DNA of 47,999 nucleotides from Basidiobolus ranarum (Eukaryota): NCBI GenBank assembly GCA_040143965.1, contig JASJQH010000021.1, positions 1 to 47,999 of the forward strand, read 5' to 3'. Shown piece by piece: positions 1 to 11,789 of this stretch (position 1 is its first letter; each line of letters starts with the position of its first letter). The notes under the pieces were generated by a model. It saw only the letters and a program-made list of their open reading frames with translations, ran no database searches and was not told where the DNA came from. The position numbers and the translations under genes were made by a program.

Positions 1-464
1 CTGCAAGCCGCAAAGAAAGTAGAGGTCAATGAGGGTGCTCCCCTTGCTTGTTCCTCAATGAGAGTACTTTTCTCTTCAACCTTTCTCCTTACAAATTCTC
101 ATTCTCCAAAGCTCCCTAGCAACCAATTTTCGAGACTTTTCACGAAACTTTACGCTCACAAGCTAAAAGGTCAAAGAAAGATTGTTTGGTGAAATGCCTA
201 AATAGGCAACAGTGGCAGTTTTCCCATACTTTGCTATTAACGTTTTCATCTTACTGGGGTTCTTCTTACTTGTTGCTTCATGAGTAGCTTTGGAAGAGTA
301 AAAACGCATAAGATTCAAGCCATTTTTGTTAAAGGACTTTGTAAACAAACGAACTGGAGTATTTAGTTGGAAATTGGAACGAACTCGAAGAGGCTCAGTA
401 TGAGCTTCAAACTCAGGGAATTCTGAAATGAACGAATTTTACTAACATTGGCAAGTGTACTCAT
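1..464 (-). pseudogene. Disrupted DUF1279 (FAM210/Nat2-like) mitochondrial protein gene; runs off the left edge
   Basis: Minus strand reads ...MKTLIAKYGKTATVAYLGISPNNLSLTF*LVS, then after a frame change FVKSLENWLLGSFGE*EFVRRKVEEKSTLIEEQARGAPSLTSTFFAAC. KYG..A...YL.IS and PSLTSTF resemble DUF1279 motifs. Two in-frame stops (TAG 163-165, TGA near 99-101) and a frameshift. Candidate ATG at 464. Confidence 0.6.
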
Positions 465-755
465 TCTTCGAAAATTAGTAAGTACCTCTAAAAAGGATAT
501 GTTCTAGCGATCTAGTTTATCCAAATCCATATAGAAATGGTAAGAAATTTATTAATAAAAATTGTAAAAGCCGATAGAGCTAGAATCACAGTAAACAGTA
601 ACATCTATTCTAATTGGTCGTACATCAAGTTGTTCAAAGTATGCGAATTCACCTAATCGTTTTTGTTCATTTGAAATCCGCTAGTAATAACACTGGTATC
701 CAGAGATCATTCAAACCATGCATAAAGAACAAGCATAAATCTACAAAAACATGGT

Positions 756-2298
756 TTATTTGTAATGATATGTCAACTCAATGTCAGTTTATCCAACTTG
801 TTCTTGGCACAAAACTCTCTCTGAATTTGGATGATTCGATGAAGGGGTCGAAGTAGGTCCTAAGGAGCAGGTAAAGTATGTCAATATCTTTTCATATCGC
901 GGTTTAGACAAATGTGATCAATTGTAGGGCAAACTGTACCTCCATAAGAAATTCTTCTGAACTCCAGCCCAAAATACCTACAGCTCGCCCAACAGCCTCC
1001 ACAGTTGAGATACAAGTGGGTTTTGGTTCACGCTTTAATGCATGGTAAACACTGGGTTCCGGACTTGGAAGCATAATCTATTACAAATATATATTAATAT
1101 GTGATCCTTCATATTTAGTGAATAACTCTCCAACCTGGTGTAATTTTTGAATCCTAGGATTAAACCGGTAAAGGTATTTTGAATGTGTCCAAGAGCCATC
1201 AATGGCTATAATGAGATAACGGGGCGAGCCAGAGTTGGAGGATTCTTGATGGCACTGACATCCCAAGCATTGCCACTTATCGACTGGTAATGTCTCTTCA
1301 CCACCAACTAATAAGGTTTTAACATCGGTAGCATTCGGTCCTGGATAAAGCAAAAGTGGTATGTAGGTTTCATCCTCCAAAAGAACATCCAGCTCTATTA
1401 CCCAGGGATCTGAATCAATAAAGTGTTTCTACCATCAGTTGCGAGTAAAACTAACCTGGATGCTTTCCCTCACTGAAATCCTTTCCCACAAATATATCAC
1501 AATATTTGAACGTGTGTTTAAGAATTCTCAAAGTGCCGATGTTAACTTGACATTTAGGATGCTTTTGTTGGATAGTTAGTTGGTGCTACACCTGATATAT
1601 AGCCTAGCATAAGTATACCTGTAAAACAACGATTCTTGCACGGCAATTACAATATTGTTCTGGAGTTAAAGAGTCACAGATACATGAATTCACCGGGCGC
1701 CAGCACGATGAACAATATGACCTACTCTTTTGAACACATGGGGTATTATTCTTATTGTTAGAGAGAAGCTTTAAACCCCCATCTACGTAGAGTTTTATGT
1801 TTCTTTAGTTACTGGCTCTACTAGCTGTATGATGCACAAAGTTTAACGAACCAACAGTATTTCCTCTCTTCCTATTCTTCTCGTCCGCTTTCACAATGCG
1901 TTCCCATCTTAAATCTCCCAGATAAGTACGTTTCCAAGACCAATAGGTATTTGTGTAATTTGACGATGAGTGATCCACCACATCCTGGAATATCGATTCT
2001 GTTGTCAAGGCACAGTCAGTCTTTTCAGGATTTTGGTCTGAATTTATGTAGCTATGACGCTCAGGCCAACGAAAAAGTACCAAGAACTTCCAAAGTACAT
2101 CACTTGAAGCTAGTTTTTCCAAATATTTACAAGTCTGGAATTACGTCATGTTAGTGTAAATTGATGCACGGAAGAGTATATTATTTTAAAGTGGAAATAT
2201 ATTACTTGACCTACGCGGCATAAGGTCACATAGTCAAGGTATGAAAATATTTCAAGTAAAGCCGTTCGGGGGAGGGATTCAAATTCACTGCAAGTCAT
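756..2298 (-). CDS. F-box domain + DTW domain (DTWD2/TapT-like tRNA-uridine aminocarboxypropyltransferase) protein, 7 exons
   Basis: Exon1 2298-2206 MTCSEFESLPRTALLEIFSYLDYVTLCRVGQ and exon2 2134-1852 TCKYLEKLASSDVLWK form an F-box. A 69-nt GT-AG intron (1851-1783) leads in frame to CSSCWRPVNSCIC...VLQHPKCQVNIGTLRIL...LLLYPGP...IAIDGSW...REPKPTCISTVEAV...DLLRPL (DTW motifs). Stop TAA 758-756. Confidence 0.8.
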
Positions 2299-2568
2299 TC
2301 TAAGGACAAGTCTACAAAGCTTTATTGTTGGTTAATAATTTGTAATTAAACCGGCAACTATATAATCTGCTAATCTATTAACCATGATAAAAGGGATTAG
2401 AGGATATTCAAAAATTCAATGTTTATCGAATATATGGGAGAAAAAAATCAACCTAGAAATTAGTAGGTTTTTTTTGAAAAAAAAAAGGAAAAAGGAAACG
2501 TGGGATATCAAAAAGAAGAGAATTCCTATTGTGAACTCTCGTAGTTTTCTAGCTGTAACGAACGTAAA

Positions 2569-3952
2569 ATGGAAAACACTGAATTGCTTCGATCAAGAGT
2601 TATCTTGGAAAAAGATCACGTCAACAATGTAATACTTCCAACTATAAGTTTCCTTTTTGTCCAAATACTCATGGAAACCGTTTTTTTAGGTGTCTTCTTC
2701 CGATTTTCCTGGAGTTCATCCTGGTTATGACGATTCGTTTCAGTTAGATAAATTCAAGAAGGTATAGTAATGGACTAGCAAATCAAAAATAATTCTATCG
2801 TTTGTCTGATGATATTTATATCCAACAGGATTTCCAAGCAAAGATCTGGAAAGTTTCTCCTTCTGAAATGGAATTTGATCTTATTGGTGTTGATGCCTCT
2901 ATTGCGAACGCTTTTAGAAGAATCCTTATCTCCGAGGTTCTTATTTACTTCATATTAATTTTGAAAGATATTTTGTTAAAATTTCAACTTCAGATTCCTA
3001 CTATGGCTGTCGAAAATGTCTACGTTATGAATAACACCTCTGTCATCCAAGATGAGGTTCTCGCTCACCGTTTAGGCTTGATCCCCATCAAGGCCAATCC
3101 CAATTTATTCGAGTACAAGAAAGGTGAGTCTTGAATTTTTTAACAAAAATACTAGTGGTAATTCATGCTTACACAATTATTGGTAAATAGCTAATGACAG
3201 TCCCACCGACTTGAATACTCTTGTTTTCAAACTCCACATCAAATGCGAGTTTGATCCTCAAGATCCCTCTAAATATATCAATGACAAAGTCTATTCGAAT
3301 GCTTTGGTTTGGGATCCCAAGGGAGATCAAGCCGAAAGATTTGCTGAAGACCCTGCTCGCCCTGTTTTCGATGATATTTTAATCGCTAAGCTTAGACCAG
3401 GACAAGAGATTGAAGTCGAACTTCATTGTGAGAAAGGCATTGGTAGAGATCATGCCAAGTACTCCCCTGTTGGTAAGCACTCATCATAAGCTATATCGTT
3501 ATTGATGTATTTACTTAGTTTTGAATTTTAGCTACTGCTTCTTACCGTTTATTGCCTGAAATCCTTCTCCAAAAGGAAATCACTGGTGAACTTGCTGACA
3601 AATTTGCCTCTTGCTTCCCTGCTGGTGTTGTTGAAGTAGTTGAGAAGAAAGGTGTTCGTAAAGCCGTCGTAGTTAACCCTCGTAAAGATACTGTCAGTCG
3701 AGAGGTCCTTCGTCACAAAGAATTCGAAAATATGGTCAAGCTTACACGTGTTAGAGATCATTTCATTTGTAAGTTTTTCAATTTGAAGGTCTTCTTATTC
3801 ATCTAACCTCTAACACTTACACTCAAATAGTCAACATTGAATCTACTGGGATTATGACTTCTCCAGAGCTTTTCATTCAATCTGTCCAAGTATTACTGAA
3901 CAAGTGCAAGGTTGTTAAACAGGCTCTAGCCAATATCAACCAAAGTAAGTAA
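2569..3952 (+). CDS. RPC40: RNA polymerase I/III shared subunit AC40, multi-exon
   Basis: Motifs EFDLIGVDASIANAFRRILISE, VIQDEVLAHRLGLIP, AKLRPGQEI..HCEKGIGRDHAKYSPV, NPRKDTVSREVLRH. ATG 2569, TAA 3950-3952. Confidence 0.95.
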
Positions 3953-4647
3953 TCCTCCCCAAATAATAATAGAGGCGTCTGTAGAGCGCAAAGGCCCCTA
4001 GACGTAATTCTGTAGAGTCTCTTGTATAGATTTATTCATTATAAACACATAAATAAACATCATGGATTTTGCCAATTCAAACTACCTTTGTGCAATAGAG
4101 CTAATCATCGGTTGGGAATATCGAAGCATAAGGAAATCTGTTTTAACCGTTAGTTCTCCACATCAATTTGTTGGAATGGCTTATTTTCTAATTCAATAGA
4201 GATGTACGTTAAAAGCGATATTAGTTTTGTAGTATTCCATTGATTTTCTTTTCAGATAAATCGCATCTTAATAGTGTGACTCACACTTAGTGCAAAGACT
4301 ACAGCTTCTGACCACAGTCGGGTTATAAAGGACCTTATCTTTAGTCGTTCCGACATATCTCATGAACCAATTACAGTCAATATAGCAACATAATACACTA
4401 ATATGCTTTTGACACTAGTTATACAGATCACATGGTATTTAAGCCAGTGATTCCGAATTAGACCGAGTAGTTAGCTTAGCTACTTGATTTTTTTCGCGTA
4501 TACATGAGATAGTAGTTAGTAGAGCACATTGACCTTACTATATTGATATTTTAATAGTATTATTCGTTTATATTTGATATCATATTTAGTTACTTCTTTA
4601 ACACACCGACTACTTCCTGAGTTACAATCTGTCGACGCTTCTTTTGA

Positions 4648-6492
4648 ATGTCTGAATACAACTTCAATCCCTCTTTTTACCAACACCAGACACAGACTCC
4701 AGAAATGGATAGTCAGAACAATTATTACGCGCAAACACAAAGTATCAATTCAGGTTCAGTTCCACCCGAAGATAATGATAATACCGATGTTACTGGAACC
4801 CAAGAGAGCAAAGACTCCAAGAAGAAAAGAGCTGGTCCTAAGAGACGTAAGGTTACTCAAGGTTGGTATCCGATTGGTCTTTCATTTCTTGACTACAGCT
4901 AACATTATTATCGAAGACTGACTCTCGTGTTATTTATAGCTTGCGTATATTGCCGTCGTTCCCATATGACTTGCGATGATGGTAATATGATAAAAATTAT
5001 TTTATACTTTATAGTGTAGCTAGTTTTTATGGTTTATCGCCGTTTGTGAACTTGAATTTCTATTAAACAAAACACTTACTAGGTCGGCCTTGTCAACGGT
5101 GTATTAAGCGAAATATCGGTCATTTATGCCATAATGAAAACAAAAATAATCCACCAAAAACCCCAGCAAGTTTTAACAACATTCAACAAACACCCACTCC
5201 TGCAGCAAGTGAGTGCATTTCTATGGAATGCTTTCAGTCAGTAGAATATATGCTCAACCTTATTTCGTAGTTTCCCCAGGATTAGGGAATTCTTCTTACA
5301 AAAGTCTTCCTCTAACGGTTGATCAGCTAACAAATATGCCATCTGCGCCACTTTCGTTCGCTAGTGAGCATGTAGGGAATGAATTTTCGGTTATCAGGTT
5401 TTATATTATTATTATTTGTATCAGTGAATTTACTCGTGATATTAATCAACCTTGACTTGATGATAGTGATTTCTTGGAGAGTTTAAATGGTGCACAAGCC
5501 AGTTTTAGCGCGTCTGGAACCCCAGTTAACAATACAGAGAAGTTCTTCCTCACTGCAGCTGATCCATCTGACGGTACCTTTGAGGACCGTCTGACTGAAA
5601 TTATCAGCGCAAAGTTCGAAGCTGGTCTTCTTAAACCATACAATTATGTCAAGGGTTATGAGCGGTTACAGCGATATATGGATTCACAGTAAGAACTGAA
5701 GCGGATATATATCATTTATGGGGAACTAATATTAACTGACCATTTGAACAGTATGTCTTACGTTAGCAAACAAAGAATTATCGGCGTAATGGGAACCTTT
5801 AGGCCAGCATTTCGCGCAATCGCTCAGTCGTTAACGGATATTGACCTTGTTTTGGTTGAAGAGGCATTTGAACGCTTACTCTTGGTACGATAGCATTACA
5901 ACGTTTTCTAGTTGAAGATATTGATCTTATATTTCCCTTTAGGATTATGATCGCGTTTTTAGTTCTATGGGAATTCCAGCTTGTTTATGGCGTAGAACAG
6001 GAGAAATTTACAAGGGCAACAAAGAGTTTGCTTATCTCGTTGGTATCCCTATCGAAATGCTATGCGAGGTAAGTTGCTATACAGTCGAAATTATAGCAAT
6101 ACTTTTTAACAACATTTATTATAACTAGGGGAAATTGTGCATTTATGAGGTATTCATCACAACTTGTCTCTGCCATTTAAAACATATCTTACTAACATTA
6201 TTCAGTTGATGACAGAGGAGTCAGCAGTAAATTATTGGGAGGTAAGTGATTATATTTCCATAATAGTCTTACACTCAGGATGTTGACCATTCTTTATGAT
6301 TTGTAGAAATATGGAAATATTGCCTTTGATGCAGGTCAAAAAGCAGTTTTAACCTCTTGCTATCTTAAAAAACCCGAGGATATTGACAGCAACGCCATGT
6401 CCTGCTGCTTTTCATTTACGATTCGTCGTGATAAGTACAATATCCCTACAGGAATAGTGGGTAATTTCCTACCAGTGAATCAAATGCAGTAG
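4648..6492 (+). CDS. acuM: Zn(II)2Cys6 transcription factor with C-terminal PAS-like fold, AcuM/Rds2 gluconeogenesis-regulator family, multi-exon
   Basis: Spliced KRRKVTQACVYCRRSHMTCDDGRPCQRCIKRNIGHLCH; FFLTAADP; GLLKPYNYVKGYERLQRYM; C-terminal CCFSFTIRRDKYNIP.GIVGNFLP. TAG 6490-6492. Confidence 0.88.
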
Positions 6493-7577
6493 TGATAGTT
6501 AGAACACCAATAGTCATCATTTATTTATATACATTGACAGTCACTTATACCAGCTGAGAGTTGGTATTTTCTTGTATAGCTATTTAGCAAAAATCATCTG
6601 TTTCATTAAACCTTTCTTTAATAACGAATCAAATATCTGTGCCTAAAGATGATTGTAGTTCAGCTAATAGCAAATGCCCGTCACGAGAATCAATTTATAC
6701 CATATGTTCTATGGTGGAATTTTCTAGAGAAGATATACGATTATTTCCTCTTCGATTGAATCATCCATACAAGGGAGGCCTAGTATATGTGACTGTGTGT
6801 GCTAATATCTCCATCGACTCTGTTGCCAAGATATGTAAAGGTTTTGCTTGAGGATAAATCTTTACGTCACATCATTTAATCTATATACACAACCACATAT
6901 CTTCAAAGCAGGGGGTGGACGGTATTTCATTTGGTCTAAAAAGGACATCAATGAATTTAACAATATATGTTAAGGTTATCAATCATGTGGCATATGTCAA
7001 CATTATGCCGAAGAATGTTCAAACCAGATCGGGAACAGTGAATGATAACATACAGTCATATCATAAAGTGTGCAATTCTCGCTACTTTGAGTCGCTAGGT
7101 ACTAGAACAATTTCCAAACCATGAACTTCTATAGTAAGATAGGCCAGAATTGAACCTGGCCACTTAAGTTTAACTTGACTTGAATTAAATTCAAAGCACG
7201 CTTTGGGATCATTTAATTAGTTTTGGTGTAACACATATGCTATTTTTACATCTGTTGTTGCTTCCGGTGATGCTTAAATTTCCCAATAAATCATGCCAAG
7301 CCATGGATTGGAGGTAACGTAACCTAAAATCCACTCCGATTACACCCTAAAACCTTACCAATGTATTCCAGATCGATCATAATTATACCAAAGTCACATC
7401 ATAACATAACAGTGATAAACATCATCGCCCCAACAAATCAGGATAGACGAGTATAGTAATTCTGGGGGGATGGTTTTATTTAAGTGACAAGTTATTATGT
7501 TACAATGAAATTATATATCAATAGGAAATAAATGAATATTGAAAAATAAGAGGATTTCTATGGAAGGATTGACGGAA

Positions 7578-9023
7578 TTAATTTCGATATTTAGGTTCTT
7601 CAGTATAGTTTTGTTGCATTGGATACGAATTATCTAATGATGGGTTGCTTTGGAATCTACTCTCGGCTTGACTCTCTTCTTCCAATCGTTTTTGTTCGGC
7701 TATCACTTCATTGGGATCTGTGTCTACGCCTTGACGGGTACCCCATGCAGTAACGTGTAGTGTGAAGAGAGAATATATCTTCATGATGGCGAAGTAATAC
7801 CCGAACACCAGCCATGCTGGAACATAAATGATATCTTGTGGACGGCGGAAGAAATGTGGGAGCAGCTTGATGACACGGGTGCACAGAAGCCAAACAACAT
7901 AAGAAACGAGAACATTCCAAATTGGTAAACGGAATTCGTTAGGACTTGGTGGCTGACCAGGAACACGAGTAGGACTATTCCAGTCAGACACTAATTCAGC
8001 GGGGTCTCGGGGGCTAACTGACTTATAGCACATGTAACCAACAAGAACGGGTCCGGCCAAAAGAGTAATGGGATTGAAAAATTTGTCAAGCATGGTAAAG
8101 GCTACAAATGGAAATCTAAACCAAATGGTCCGTTCGGTAATAAGGGAACGCATATCGGAACGCCATGTGTTACGAGTCCAACGAAGAACTTGCTTGAGAA
8201 AACGCCAATTATTTTTGAAAGTGGATAGGAGTTCGGCTTCAGGACAAGCTTGAATATAGGTATTCCATCCATGTCTCACCAACCAACGAGTCAAGAATTT
8301 ATCATCGCCGGAGTTGAGCTGATACTTGCCCAACCAAAAATCGTTGGTAAAGTTATGAATAAATGCGGGGTCTTTGAGAATGCATGTTCTGTAGCAAGCA
8401 GTACGACCTGAGAGACAGCAGACGCCACCATCGATGTGTGTAGAGGAGGCTACTTCAATATTTCTTTGAGTAAGACGGAATCCTGCCAATACTTCCCACA
8501 CAGTTTGGTGCTTTCCGACTGCCTTGACGGTTTGGGAGGTACCAACACCACCCATCTTTGGGTCTTCGAAACATGCCAAAATATACTCAAGAAGGGTAGG
8601 TGGCCAGATAGCATCATCATCAGCGAACACCAGAATCTCAGTAGTGGTATGACGAATACCTTCGACCATCTGCAGACGTTTGTTTGCCTTTGGTACAGTG
8701 TAAACCTTGATTTTTTCGGGGTCTACCGAGTTTGCAAGCTCCTGAAGTGGACCAAGCATTTTAGTTTCGGTAATGATAATGATCTCTTTAGGGTTATTGG
8801 CAAGCCATGAATGAGCAGCTTCTTTGAATTCTTCACCAGCATCAATGGTAGGAACTACGATAGTTACATCTCTACCGGCGGTATATGTGGGATTGGGGAG
8901 AGGCTTAATAGGCTTGTACACCCACCAGGCAGTTAATTTAATAAGGAACCACAGATAACGATAAAGACCGATGATACCAAAAGGTACAAACACTGGGAAT
9001 CTGTCGGAAGTCAAATATAACAT
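7578..9023 (-). CDS. cps1: Processive GT2 polysaccharide synthase, Cps1 / hyaluronan-synthase-like; intronless CDS
   Basis: 481 aa; N-terminal TM segment, FADDD (DXD), SGRTACYR, SGDDKFLT, QVLRWTRN (QXXRW), C-terminal TM helices and TAWGTR. Confidence 0.85.
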   Translation of the reverse strand: MLYLTSDRFPVFVPFGIIGLYRYLWFLIKLTAWWVYKPIKPLPNPTYTAGRDVTIVVPTIDAGEEFKEAAHSWLANNPKEIIIITETKMLGPLQELANSVDPEKIKVYTVPKANKRLQMVEGIRHTTTEILVFADDDAIWPPTLLEYILACFEDPKMGGVGTSQTVKAVGKHQTVWEVLAGFRLTQRNIEVASSTHIDGGVCCLSGRTACYRTCILKDPAFIHNFTNDFWLGKYQLNSGDDKFLTRWLVRHGWNTYIQACPEAELLSTFKNNWRFLKQVLRWTRNTWRSDMRSLITERTIWFRFPFVAFTMLDKFFNPITLLAGPVLVGYMCYKSVSPRDPAELVSDWNSPTRVPGQPPSPNEFRLPIWNVLVSYVVWLLCTRVIKLLPHFFRRPQDIIYVPAWLVFGYYFAIMKIYSLFTLHVTAWGTRQGVDTDPNEVIAEQKRLEEESQAESRFQSNPSLDNSYPMQQNYTEEPKYRN

Positions 9024-9765
9024 ACTAAGGATTAATCTAGGGAAATGAAATTGGCCTTTAGCTCACGAAAAGACCGCTATGGAGAAAGGATTAATGGAGT
9101 GAACAAAGTTACAATACTGCTGGCCTCATTGCACTATTTAACTTGATTCAAAGATTGTGGTACGGACCGTACAATCTGTGCAATCCGAACCACACCCCCA
9201 ACTGGAATAAAAAAGGAAATAAGTTGAGGTATGGTTTGTAGGTCATAGTATAATTTGCACTAAAAAGCAGGCAACGTGTAACATATCCCGACTCCAAGAC
9301 AAATTAAAAATAGTAAATTGGATTTTGGCGCCTTGGATACAAAAGGAACGGTAATCAGAATCAACCAATGCAAAGTCTTAATTGCTGTATAGCTAACTGG
9401 AAACTGATAACGATGCGCTGATGAGACGAATAGTAAACTAAAATGGGAATTGAGAATTGACGTGTGACAAAACAGGTATTGGGAAGAGGCAAAGTAGTCT
9501 CAGTGTAGAAGCAATCTATATTAAGATTTCCAAAACAAAAATAGTGAGCGAGAAAATATCGAAGCCGGAGTTCTAGCTCCGATTACTCAATTTAAAATTC
9601 ACCAAAAGTAAATGGTGATTCATGTTAATAATCTATTAAATATATTGCCTCAATTCTGTCAAGTTCATCATTCCCGAACTAGGCACCAAGCTAAGCAAAA
9701 CTCTACTTTCTTTACCTCCATATATATATGAGCCAGGTGGGGAATCTAAAGCTTAACTTTGTTTT

Positions 9766-9831
9766 TAGCTAGTCGAGATGCTTACAAAGTTCGGGTTAAA
9801 ATAGCTAGTCGTGATGTTTACAAAGTATGGG
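9766..9831. repeat. Imperfect 30-nt direct repeat, 2 copies, period 36
   Basis: tagctagtcgagatgcttacaaagttcggg (9766-9795) vs tagctagtcgtgatgtttacaaagtatggg (9802-9831), 4 mismatches. Confidence 0.85.
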
Positions 9832-10297
9832 GCAGTTGGTTGCATGATTTGGAAGTCAGCTTAGTAGAGCCATATTATTTTCTATTGTCAAAACTATCCT
9901 TTAATATTTGTCATCTTCAAACTATGGCTATTCATATATACCAGGTTATTGTCAATCATGTTGTCCTAATATCCTATCAACATGCTAGGATATATAGCCA
10001 GCTGCTAGAAACCAGGCTTTGGATGAAGGTATCATTCTACCATATCACACATGCTGTACAACTAGCTGATGGAAACTAGACTTCTTCAAGGTTGTCACAG
10101 GTGTTATATATATTATGAAATGATGGTGCTGCAAGCTTGTGAAGATGCTCTTAAACCTAAACTAGAGTGATTGCACGATTCAGTTAGGGTAGTGATTCAC
10201 TCATATAGCTGACACAAACCGTTTGTATAAAAACATAATCAATATGTATAAGTTCTGAAATGGAAAAGTTTATTCGTTTACATAAGAAATAAAATGC

Positions 10298-10812
10298 TTA
10301 TTCTTGACGACGACCACGGAATTCAGGCTTGAAGTCACCAGAAGCACCTTCCTTCTTGGCACCATCGTCACGACGTCTGTAACCTTCACGATCACCACGA
10401 GGTCCTCTGAAAGGACGATCACCCTCTTGGCGAGGTCTGATACCGACAGGCTTGGCGGTCTTCTTCATGGTAGCGGGAACAATCTCGGCAGGAAGGTGCA
10501 AGAATTCTCTAAGATATTCAATACCTTCGTTGGTCAAGAAGTAGTAGTAGTGTTGCCACGAGAACTGGGTCTTGACGAATCCACGAGAGTTAAGGGATTG
10601 TAAAGCCTTAATAACTTGAAGGTTGGGGACATCAAGTTCGTCATGCTTGGCGGCATTGAAATCCTTCTTTGCGACCATAACACCCTCTATACAAAATGAA
10701 TCATAGAAAAGTTCAATACACAGCGTATTTCTGAACATGAAATTAAGTCTAAATATGTACCCTTGAAGAGGCTTTCGTAGATAACCTTTCTGTTTTGTTT
10801 GGAGATAAGCAT
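10298..10812 (-). CDS. RPS10: 40S ribosomal protein eS10; one coding intron plus a predicted 5'UTR intron (10827-10948)
   Basis: [28 protein letters not shown]...[54 protein letters not shown]. Confidence 0.97.
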
Positions 10813-11789
10813 GATGTACGATGTAACTATAGTGTGGTGTAAAATATGCGGTTGGTTAGAATAGGTTTTCAAACTTGATAATCGCCATTGCTACCCTTTG
10901 GGAGATGGATGGATGGGTTGATGATGGATTAATGATGACTGACCTTACTTTAGAAAATGAATTCCGAGTTACAGTTAAAGAGGGAGTTCAATGACTGACA
11001 AAACACAATAATTTAAAGAGATACATCTGATCATAGAAATTGAATGAAATCCATTGGCCCCAGAGGATCATCACGATCAGAATAGCAATAATTCTGATCA
11101 AATACTGAAAGCTTCGCCTCACTGAAGTTTAGAACCAACCCTTCATAAATCTATCTTCATATGTCTTACAGATTTAGAAACTGTCTGGCTATTGTGAAGA
11201 AAAGACCGTTTTGAGCGAGTCTAGTTTGTTTGTTATTTTCAAGAGATTTGCCAACTATTGAAAAGGAGGCATACATATTGATACAATTTGAGTATATTAT
11301 AAAATAAGCTACTACATCTGTTGCCACTGAATTAATATCTATTTTTTCTCTACTTGTATTAACGAAGAGAATCGGAATCTGGGAGACTGCATGGTGCTGG
11401 TTAAGAGAAGCAATAAAGCATCTTCTGTAGAGCATTTACCAAATAATCACTTTTCTTTTCTGCTTTCACATAACGAAAGCCTCAACACTGATGTCTTCGA
11501 TGCTTGATACCTCGTATCTTTACTGAATGATATTGTTGATAACACAGATTAAAAGAGCGTCAAGGTTTTGTTACATTTGAGGCTCAGGTAAATAAAAGCA
11601 TCATGTTTGATTGTTAATACTATATCTATTTTGTAGGGCAGTTTTCTTTGGGCAAGAATAATCGTTTACATTTCTGATTGTCTACACAATTCTGAATCAA
11701 GTAAAAAGAATATTCGCACTGAACAATCAAGAGTAACATTAATATTTAAACAAGTTTCTAATATACAACTAGTTTGATCATATTCAAGG

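Noticed and set aside
9759-10079. 106-aa ORF in the cps1-RPS10 interval, and other short intergenic ORFs (6639, 6915, 11166, 30245, 38194)
   Set aside because: Mostly non-ATG starts, atypical composition and no motifs; probably spurious.
10920-10945. ATGATGA/CTGA-like words in the RPS10 5'UTR intron
   Set aside because: They lie antisense to the host transcript and are adjacent to each other, so they do not form an intronic snoRNA.
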